The notes under the pieces were generated by a model that was not told the origin of the DNA, did no database searches, and saw nothing but the letters and a program-made list of their open reading frames with translations. From the IMG/VR virus record IMGVR_UViG_3300009507_000022, positions 1 through 55,890 of that record: a stretch of DNA of 55,890 nt; one strand, 5' to 3'. Numbering within the stretch: position 1 is the first letter of the stretch; the number at the start of each line of letters is the position of its first letter. This document shows, in pieces, positions 41,753 to 48,249 of this stretch. The position numbers were made by a program, and so were the translations under genes. The stretch is from a virus (taxonomy: Duplodnaviria > Caudoviricetes).

Positions 41753-43857
41753 ATCTTCACCTCAAACTTTTTATTCAAGGTCTTCGCCAGTTGAGTCATA
41801 TTACTCGTGTCGATGAACTCTGCGTCCTTACCATACATTTCGGTGAATGATTCCATACCACTACCATGTCCAAAGTCGTAGTCAGCAATAAAGTAGGATA
41901 GGACTTGGACACCGGCTTGTCTCATCTTTTTGACTTGAGCCGCTGTGTGTTTACGAGCAGCAACACCACCATATGAAATCTGACTATTGTCAAACCCTGG
42001 CCAACCATCGGAGAAGTTGATAAGGTATGTATCAGTACCATTCTTGGTCTTGGTCAACTCGTTGAGGATAGCCTCATAACATAATCCTTCGGGAGTAGTA
42101 CCATCGTAAGTGATGTACTTGAAGAGTTGCTGAATCTTTGAGAACTTGTCCTTACGACTATCGTAAGCAATCAACATCAAAGGTTGAACACTACCAAAGT
42201 TACCAGCTGAGTAGTAAACACCTCGGTAAGAAATTACCACGTTGATGTTATCGGTCATTGAAGCCGCCTTAGCGATGGCGACAGCAGCGGTTTGAGTATT
42301 GAACCACTTCTTACCACTCATCGAAGAACTTGCGTCAATTGAGATGTGAAGTAGAACCGGCGTTGATTTGTTAATCAAGGTTTGTTCGAAGATGTCGAAG
42401 TTACCAAACCCAATCTCGTGAATCATACGACCACTCAACTTACCACTCTTCATTCGTGGGGTAGTGAGGACACGTTCTTCGGAACGAGTCTTGAGCTTCT
42501 TACCAAGGATAGTACCCAACTGAATACCTCTCTTAATGTAAGGTTCATTTCGGTCAGCACTCCATGGCGATGTTGACAACATACCTACCATGCCGGAGTC
42601 AATCAAACCCTTGGTCATATTGTTGATGATGTAGGTTTGAACTCCGTTGGAGCCCGTTGACCAATTACTTTTGTTAAAACCCTTACCGGTCACTTCTGAT
42701 TTGATGTCTGCTTTGTCAAGTTGGTCAATCTTGTTTTTATCAGCCTTGGAGATTTTCTTTTTGGTAATCTCACCCTCCATGAAGTCATTTTGTTTCTTAA
42801 TAGCATTATCCAACATTTTCTTTTGGCGGTCTGAAAGCGGCTCGTATTGACCACCAGCCCCATTGGGATTGTAATCAACAACATCCATACCCTCTTCATT
42901 AGACTCATCAGACTCTTCACCATCGTTAGAGTCACTTGGAGAAGACTCACCTTGACCCTCACCACTCATACCACCACCACTTTGTTGGTTGTTGGTATCA
43001 CCACTCATTGATGATTCACCATTGGTATCACCATTACTTTCTTCATCAGAGTTAGAGTCAGAACCACTTTGATTTTGAGACTCAACTGAAATGTTCTTTT
43101 CAACAATCATAAGAATCTGACCGGCCACCTCAAGAGCATCCCACGAATCTTTCAAACGAGAGATGTTACGAAGGTCAAGGACATTCCAAATCTCACGAAG
43201 ACCTTTGAGGGCGTTGAGGTCACGATTGGGGTTGGTCAAGTTGATGATACGGAACATATAAGAATCCCAATCCTCATCACGTTTTTCTGAAGACTGAAGA
43301 CCTTTGTCAATCACACTTGAGTGAAAGTATTTGTCATACATAGACTCGTAGTAACCACGATAGCCGGGAGCCGTAGTGTAAATGTGGTTATCGATTCTTC
43401 GGTCTTCAACGTAGTTAAGAAGTGACTTGAGGTTATTGGAGATTAACCATTTAAGGTCATCAACACCACAATTGTAACGATTAGCCAACCACTCTTTATC
43501 AATGGTAGATGGTAGGTAACCATTTCTCATTTCAGTCAGAGTTTCGAAATCAGTCAAAGCGATATGAGACCCCTCGTGGAGAGCCAGACCAACAACGGGG
43601 TCGAACTCTTTGTCATCCAACTTAGCGGAGATGGTAACCGACTGACCATCAGTATAAGAATCCTCACCACGACCATCGAAGGTCACTGGGATTGACCTAC
43701 CCGTAACGATGTTTACGAAGTTACCGATAGACCTTTTGTAGGCCATCAACTTCATTAGGTCACTTGACTTTTTCTCAACCGTGGTTAGGTTGTCATCGGA
43801 CTCTTCAAAGATTGAATTGTCAAGCCAGAACGATGAATAGGACATTTTATTTTTCAT
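41749..43857 (-). CDS. CobT-like VWA-domain protein with N-terminal HExxH
   Basis: ALHEGSH and LNYVEDRRI, an acidic Ser/Gly linker, and MIDAS motifs DASSSMS, TPEG and FSDG. Confidence 0.88.
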   Translation of the reverse strand: MKNKMSYSSFWLDNSIFEESDDNLTTVEKKSSDLMKLMAYKRSIGNFVNIVTGRSIPVTFDGRGEDSYTDGQSVTISAKLDDKEFDPVVGLALHEGSHIALTDFETLTEMRNGYLPSTIDKEWLANRYNCGVDDLKWLISNNLKSLLNYVEDRRIDNHIYTTAPGYRGYYESMYDKYFHSSVIDKGLQSSEKRDEDWDSYMFRIINLTNPNRDLNALKGLREIWNVLDLRNISRLKDSWDALEVAGQILMIVEKNISVESQNQSGSDSNSDEESNGDTNGESSMSGDTNNQQSGGGMSGEGQGESSPSDSNDGEESDESNEEGMDVVDYNPNGAGGQYEPLSDRQKKMLDNAIKKQNDFMEGEITKKKISKADKNKIDQLDKADIKSEVTGKGFNKSNWSTGSNGVQTYIINNMTKGLIDSGMVGMLSTSPWSADRNEPYIKRGIQLGTILGKKLKTRSEERVLTTPRMKSGKLSGRMIHEIGFGNFDIFEQTLINKSTPVLLHISIDASSSMSGKKWFNTQTAAVAIAKAASMTDNINVVISYRGVYYSAGNFGSVQPLMLIAYDSRKDKFSKIQQLFKYITYDGTTPEGLCYEAILNELTKTKNGTDTYLINFSDGWPGFDNSQISYGGVAARKHTAAQVKKMRQAGVQVLSYFIADYDFGHGSGMESFTEMYGKDAEFIDTSNMTQLAKTLNKKFEVKI

Positions 43858-43878
43858 ATGCTCTCAATGATTACTTTA

Positions 43879-43934
43879 TAAAAGTAGTGAAAAAAAGGGA
43901 AATAAACAAGTTTCTAATGTTAAGAAATTGTTAA
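43879..43934 (-). promoter_or_regulatory. VWA-gene promoter with TTAACA-N5-TTAACA box
   Basis: TTAACA(atttc)TTAACA-N7-CTTG-N20-TACTTTTA. Confidence 0.7.
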
Positions 43935-44084
43935 ATCTTTTTTGTGTTTCTCTTTACGAGAATACGTTTTTTTGCTCTTGTGAGTTTGTTGAGTGGTCTT
44001 TTTACCAATATGATGACTTGCCTCACCGGCAGTCCACCCACCATTGAAGTCCAAACTTTCTTGATATGATTTCTTCTTCTCCAT
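43920..44084 (-). CDS. 54-aa basic protein, ArfA-like candidate
   Basis: MEKKKSYQESLDFNGGWTAGEASHHIGKKTTQQTHKSKKTYSRKEKHKKDLTIS; below the ORF-track cutoff and has its own promoter. Confidence 0.6.
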   Translation of the reverse strand: MEKKKSYQESLDFNGGWTAGEASHHIGKKTTQQTHKSKKTYSRKEKHKKDLTIS

Positions 44085-44096
44085 CACAAATACATA

Positions 44097-44152
44097 CAAA
44101 TGTAATGAAAAAAAGTGAGATGGCCAAGAAATGAATGTTAACTATTTGTTAA
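44097..44152 (-). promoter_or_regulatory. Promoter with TTAACA-N5-TTAACA box for the 54-aa ORF
   Basis: TTAACA(aatag)TTAACA-N7-CTTG-N20-TACATTTG. Confidence 0.72.
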
Positions 44153-44528
44153 ATTTTAATCTAACTCTATCCGAAATTGGTATCGGGTCTCCATTCTCAT
44201 CGATACGAACGAACTTAATATTAGTAGATAAGATAACCGATTGTACGCCAGAGTATACATTATGTGCTCTTGCTTCAAGATATAATGTAAGGGATGTGTT
44301 ACCAACCTCTTTTACATCACCATATATTTTAAGGAGTTGACCTTCTTTAGCAGGTCTTTTAAATAGACACTCATCAATCTTGATGGTGACCATACGGGGT
44401 GTATCAGCAACTTCCATGGCGAGTGCAGCACCCGCAGCATCCAACCAAGCAAGTAGCTTACCACCAAATAGATTAGCATGGAATCCTAAATCGGATTTCT
44501 TAATAGGATGTGTACTGATTAACTGCAT
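44142..44528 (-). CDS. Hotdog-fold acyl-CoA thioesterase (YciA-like)
   Basis: DLGFHANLFGGKLLAWLD, MVT, F..PAKEGQ, VGNTSL and FVRIDENGDP. Confidence 0.88.
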   Translation of the reverse strand: MQLISTHPIKKSDLGFHANLFGGKLLAWLDAAGAALAMEVADTPRMVTIKIDECLFKRPAKEGQLLKIYGDVKEVGNTSLTLYLEARAHNVYSGVQSVILSTNIKFVRIDENGDPIPISDRVRLKFNK

Positions 44529-44529
44529 T

Positions 44530-44817
44530 TTAAAATGGTGGTTCTAATAACCATTGTTTAATCTCTTCTCGTACTGAATCATCTTTTTGTTCCATCCAAA
44601 CAAGTTGCCACTCATCTCGTAGATACCTTCTATGGTGTTCCAACAACTCATCACCCCTATCAAGATAGGTAACAATACCTTTCAGTACAGCATAGGTCTT
44701 ATTCTTTTCTACTTGACTCCATTTAGAGTTTTCTATAAGTTGATACATCACCAACACAATCTCGGCTGGTGATTTAAACGACCATAGTTTTTTGATGTAC
44801 TCTTGTTTAGTTTCCAT
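44530..44817 (-). CDS. Hypothetical protein
   Basis: ORF track; directly after tRNA-Gly. Confidence 0.6.
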   Translation of the reverse strand: METKQEYIKKLWSFKSPAEIVLVMYQLIENSKWSQVEKNKTYAVLKGIVTYLDRGDELLEHHRRYLRDEWQLVWMEQKDDSVREEIKQWLLEPPF

Positions 44818-44827
44818 TGATACCTTG

Positions 44828-44900
44828 AGCGAAAGACCGGGTTCGAACCGGCGACCCTAACCTTGGCAAGGTTATGCTCTACCAACTGAGCTACTTTCGC
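44828..44900 (-). tRNA. tRNA-Gly(GCC)
   Basis: Canonical cloverleaf GCGAAAG...TTGCCAA...GGTTCGAACC...CTTTCGCT. Confidence 0.95.
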
Positions 44901-44906
44901 TTATAG

Positions 44907-44978
44907 AGCGGAGAGGTGGCTCTGCCCCACCATCTTTGTACTGGACGTACAACGAGTTTCTCTTAACTCCTCCCCCGC
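44907..44978 (-). ncRNA. Non-canonical tRNA-Gly(UCC)-like RNA, copy 1
   Basis: Acceptor GCGGGGG/TCTCCGC+T, D arm GAGTT-AAGAGA-AACTC, anticodon arm TTGTA-CGTCCAG-TACAA, T arm GGTGG-GGCAGAG-CCACC. Confidence 0.8.
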
Positions 44979-44984
44979 ATTGTT

Positions 44985-45070
44985 GGGTAGTAATAACCGG
45001 TAGCCCATACTTTAGGCAAGGCCTTTAGCAATTGATGTAGCGGTTTTATCCACACCTTTAATTACTACCC
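44985..45070 (-). ncRNA. Putative 86-nt structured RNA
   Basis: Perfect 10-bp terminal stem GGGTAGTAAT/ATTACTACCC exactly fills the gap between the two tRNA-like RNAs. Confidence 0.55.
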
Positions 45071-45073
45071 TTG

Positions 45074-45145
45074 AGCGGAAGGTTGGAACTGCCCCAACAC
45101 CTTTTATCTGGATGATAAACGACTTTCTTTTAAGTCTTCTTCCGC
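45074..45145 (-). ncRNA. Non-canonical tRNA-Gly(UCC)-like RNA, copy 2
   Basis: Acceptor GCGGAAG/CTTCCGC+T, D arm GACTT-AAAAGA-AAGTC, anticodon arm TTTAT-CATCCAG-ATAAA, T arm GTTGG-GGCAGTT-CCAAC. Confidence 0.8.
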
Positions 45146-45155
45146 GTTTGTTATA

Positions 45156-45186
45156 CAAATATACAAAATTAATTTTAAATATCAAA
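45156..45186 (-). promoter_or_regulatory. Bacteroidota-type sigma70 promoter for the Gly-RNA cluster
   Basis: TTTG-N19-TATATTTG, 10 nt upstream of tRNA-like copy 2. Confidence 0.72.
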
Positions 45187-46156
45187 ATAAAAATTGATAA
45201 TCATCTATATTTGTTGAAATTTGTAATCTAATCCAATCAGAGTTGTAATCACCAGGTATGGTACAATTGGCTCGAAACTCAATATTAGATGGTAAATCAA
45301 TTGTAGTATTACTTCTAATGTGTACCCAATTACAATGGCCATCATAAATTTCATAACCATGTTGAACCAACATATCCATTAATTGTCGTTTGGTTTGAGT
45401 TACACCATCGATATATTTATACACACTCTCTTTATTATTAATTAAAGTTTGTATCCATTTAACACCAAGTCCACTAATCTCGTACATATCTTTATACACC
45501 ATTAGGTTCTCAATGTTTTTATTTTGTGAAATAATTACACCAACCCTAACTCCAGCAGACCCCCATGCTTTTGACATAGAACGAATAACAAATAAGTTGG
45601 GGAATCTTTCAGTTAATTGAACTACACTTTCAGTTTTACTAAATTCAATATATGCCTCATCAACTAAAGTAGGTACACCACAATGTAAAATCTTTAGTAG
45701 GTCACCACGAGAAATGGTATCACCAATTGGTGATGATGGATTTGATAATACAACAACACTATTTTTCTCTATGTTGTGGATTGTATTCTTAACATCAAAC
45801 TTACCAAGCTGATATGGTACACTAATAACACTCATACCCATCATATTAGCATATACATTATACATACCAAAACATGGGTCTGAAAGTATAACCTCTTTAT
45901 CAGAGTGGAGTTCAAAGAAATATTTAATACATCTATCACTACCTGCACCAATCATTAAATCAGTTCCACTTGGTATATTATAAAACTCCTTTAGTTGTGG
46001 TCTAACCTCCTCAACATTTGGATAATACCTAACATCAGTATCTCGCAGTGAATCAATAAACGACTGCCATATATTATTCTCCCACATATCGTTACGCTCG
46101 GCTGAGTGTAGTCGGAGTTTATCGTGTGGTATGATTGGGTTATTCTTTCGTTTCAT
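45182..46156 (-). CDS. PLP-dependent class I/II aminotransferase (HisC/CobD-like)
   Basis: YYP, GAGSD, SNPSSPIG, VDEAYIEF and RSMSKAWGSAGVRVG. Confidence 0.85.
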   Translation of the reverse strand: MKRKNNPIIPHDKLRLHSAERNDMWENNIWQSFIDSLRDTDVRYYPNVEEVRPQLKEFYNIPSGTDLMIGAGSDRCIKYFFELHSDKEVILSDPCFGMYNVYANMMGMSVISVPYQLGKFDVKNTIHNIEKNSVVVLSNPSSPIGDTISRGDLLKILHCGVPTLVDEAYIEFSKTESVVQLTERFPNLFVIRSMSKAWGSAGVRVGVIISQNKNIENLMVYKDMYEISGLGVKWIQTLINNKESVYKYIDGVTQTKRQLMDMLVQHGYEIYDGHCNWVHIRSNTTIDLPSNIEFRANCTIPGDYNSDWIRLQISTNIDDYQFLF

Positions 46157-46961
46157 CTTTTTTAAAATCTTTATATGGGTTTGTGGATTCTAATTTATTG
46201 ATGATTTTCTTCATCTCACTAATAACAAACTCCCTACGATGTGTAGTAGCACGTTCAAAAACATCTTGGTCTTTTTCTTTTGTATTCAATCTAACTTGTA
46301 ATACAATCCCTTTACGATGGTGACTTGTATAGTTAGCGGATGACCCATGCACCATCAGATGATTGAAAAATAAAATATCACCAGCCTTCATAGTTACTGT
46401 CTTAATACCATAGGTATCATTTAGATACTGAAGTGTTTTTGTAGTTAATCTTCGTTTGTGTCCAAGGTTATCTCCAATGATATCTTGATGTTCTAACAAT
46501 CCAAACTTATCAGAGCCAGGAATAATCTTTAAACACCCATTATCAATTGTATGGTCATCCAATGCAATGTAAATTTGCATAAAGTTTTCGTGGTCATCGA
46601 CTGTATAGCCAGGAGCATATGTATCGATATTAGACATCTCTTGATGCCACTCAACGGCACTACCAAAGAACGCTCCCTTATTATTTACAATGAGATGGTT
46701 AAAGGTGTAGTTATCACTCCTAAATAAAGTAGTACAAAAGTTTTGTATATACTCGTTTTTAGGAACTAAACTAAACACCTTATCATCCACCAAGTTCCCG
46801 TAGCCCCAAGGAACATCACTATATGGAATGTACAATTTAGGTTCAATAGTTGAGAGTTGTAATTTAAGGGCACGGATAAAATCCTCACCAAGAATTCCTT
46901 CTGCGAAGTAGTACCCATCTTCTCTATATTTCTCTATAACATTTTCCATATCATAAAACAT
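46140..46961 (-). CDS. PhyH-like Fe(II)/2-oxoglutarate dioxygenase
   Basis: WHQE, IALDD..IDNGCLKIIPGS, MKAGDILFFNHLMVHGS..N...HRK; start trimmed to avoid tRNA-Thr. Confidence 0.85.
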   Translation of the reverse strand: MFYDMENVIEKYREDGYYFAEGILGEDFIRALKLQLSTIEPKLYIPYSDVPWGYGNLVDDKVFSLVPKNEYIQNFCTTLFRSDNYTFNHLIVNNKGAFFGSAVEWHQEMSNIDTYAPGYTVDDHENFMQIYIALDDHTIDNGCLKIIPGSDKFGLLEHQDIIGDNLGHKRRLTTKTLQYLNDTYGIKTVTMKAGDILFFNHLMVHGSSANYTSHHRKGIVLQVRLNTKEKDQDVFERATTHRREFVISEMKKIINKLESTNPYKDFKKDETKE

Positions 46962-46973
46962 CTGACTGCGTTG

Positions 46974-47047
46974 AGCCTCCAGTTGGATTCGAACCAACGA
47001 CCCCGAGATTACAAATCACGTGCTCTGGCCAGCTGAGCTATGGAGGC
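46974..47047 (-). tRNA. tRNA-Thr(UGU)
   Basis: GCCTCCA...TTTGTAA...GGTTCGAATCC...TGGAGGCT. Confidence 0.93.
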
Positions 47048-47050
47048 TTT

Positions 47051-47198
47051 TAGACCCAATCACCTCACTATCTGCAGGTGCAAGAGAATGTCGAGCTAAT
47101 TGCATATACATTCTAATTGAGTCATCGGTAGTTGATTGGGGTTCTACTACCAAAACCCATAGGCTAGACTCAGCGTCTTTCCTACCTTGACAGGGCAG
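47051..47198 (-). ncRNA. Putative ~150-nt pseudoknotted RNA
   Basis: Several perfect 5-8 bp helices and an 8-bp loop-to-3'-end complement in the spacer between tRNA-Ser and tRNA-Thr. Confidence 0.55.
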
Positions 47199-47201
47199 TT
47201 G

Positions 47202-47286
47202 CGGAGAGTCAGGGATTCGAACCCCGGGTACCTTGCGGTACGCTGGTTTTCAAGACCAGTGCATTCGACCACTCTGCCAACTCTCC
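47202..47286 (-). tRNA. tRNA-Ser(UGA)
   Basis: GGAGAGT...CTTGAAA, long variable arm, GGTTCGAATCC. Confidence 0.95.
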
Positions 47287-47292
47287 GTACGG

Positions 47293-47553
47293 TTATCCTT
47301 TCAACAATTGCTTACTATCCAACTCATCAAACCCACCATACTCTTCACCGAAGTTATCACGAAGGGTTGATAATTTATCAGTAGCATTGGTCAGTTGGTC
47401 TACCAATGTATCAAGTTCTTCAGTATGTTGGGGGTGTTCTCCAATAGCAACTGGTGATTCGAAGTAAATAGAAATTCTGGCTCTTGCGTCCATAATCTCT
47501 GCCGTGTATTTTGCTTCCAATGCTTGGAATAATCTACGAGAAATCTTACTCAT
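47293..47553 (-). CDS. Conserved phage hypothetical protein
   Basis: [10 protein letters not shown] motif; located inside the tRNA array. Confidence 0.7.
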   Translation of the reverse strand: MSKISRRLFQALEAKYTAEIMDARARISIYFESPVAIGEHPQHTEELDTLVDQLTNATDKLSTLRDNFGEEYGGFDELDSKQLLKG

Positions 47554-47607
47554 AACTTTTGTTTTTAATTCTAATATAAATATGTTTCACAACATTAATA
47601 AACATAG

Positions 47608-47679
47608 TAGCCCGTAGGGGAATCGAACCCCTCTTTCATCCGTGAAAGGGATGCGTCCTAACCGATAGACCAACGGGCC
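47608..47679 (-). tRNA. tRNA-Glu(UUC)
   Basis: GGCCCGT...CTTTCAC...GGTTCGATTCC. Confidence 0.95.
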
Positions 47680-47686
47680 ATTTGCG

Positions 47687-47759
<73 letters not shown>

Positions 47760-47849
47760 AACTGGTTGTTTTAGGACAACCATAACCTGCCTACTTTAGC
47801 TCCACCCGATTTTTTACAAGAATGGGAAACTTGAGGTACACGCCTGGGG

Positions 47850-47932
47850 TGGGGGTAGCTGGACTCGAACCAACGAACTCTATACGAGGAGGGAGTTACA
47901 GTCCCTTGCAATTGCCGCTATGCGATACCCCC
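47850..47932 (-). tRNA. tRNA-Tyr(GUA)
   Basis: GGGGGTA...CTGTAAC, long variable arm, GGTTCGAGTCC. Confidence 0.93.
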
Positions 47933-47942
47933 AATTTATTTG

Positions 47943-48014
47943 TACCCCCTCAAGGATTCGAACCTCGATTCGCTGAACCAAAATCAGATGTCCTGCCAAT
48001 TAGACGAAAGGGGT
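47943..48014 (-). tRNA. tRNA-Gln(UUG)
   Basis: ACCCCTT...TTTTGGT...GGTTCGAATCC. Confidence 0.9.
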
Positions 48015-48017
48015 AAA

Positions 48018-48094
48018 TGGTACACCCAACAGGAGTCGAACCTGTAACCTACGCATTAGAAGTGCGTTGCTCTATCCAATTGAGCTATGGGTGC
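48018..48094 (-). tRNA. tRNA-Arg(UCU), CCA encoded
   Basis: GCACCCA...CTTCTAA...GGTTCGACTCC...ACCA. Confidence 0.95.
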
Positions 48095-48118
48095 TCGTTA
48101 ATAAGTTAAAGAACTTTG

Positions 48119-48204
48119 TACCAAAGGTGGGAATCGAACCCACACGGACATTACTGTCCAAGGGATTTTAAGTCCCTCGTGTCTACCTATTCCACCACTT
48201 CGGC
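48119..48204 (-). tRNA. tRNA-Leu(UAA)
   Basis: GCCGAAG...CTTAAAA, long variable arm, GGTTCGATTCC. Confidence 0.95.
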
Positions 48205-48217
48205 GTTTTTGGTGATA

Positions 48218-48249
48218 CAAGTATACGAAATAAAATTCACACCACCAAA
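48218..48249 (-). promoter_or_regulatory. Bacteroidota-type sigma70 promoter for the tRNA array
   Basis: TTTG-N20-TATACTTG, 13 nt before tRNA-Leu. Confidence 0.7.

Noticed and set aside
44907-45145. Treating the two odd tRNA-Gly copies as simple pseudogenes
   Set aside because: Stems are intact with compensatory changes, and both copies share the same non-canonical loop sequences, which random decay would not produce.
46962-46997. N-terminal extension MVRIQLEAQRSQ of the dioxygenase
   Set aside because: It overlaps the T arm and acceptor stem of tRNA-Thr; a start at 46961 or 46949 is more plausible.
47051-47198. Hammerhead, pistol or glmS ribozyme assignment
   Set aside because: I could not find the required cores (CUGANGA/GAAA in the right context, the pistol P1/pseudoknot layout, the glmS core) on the transcribed strand.
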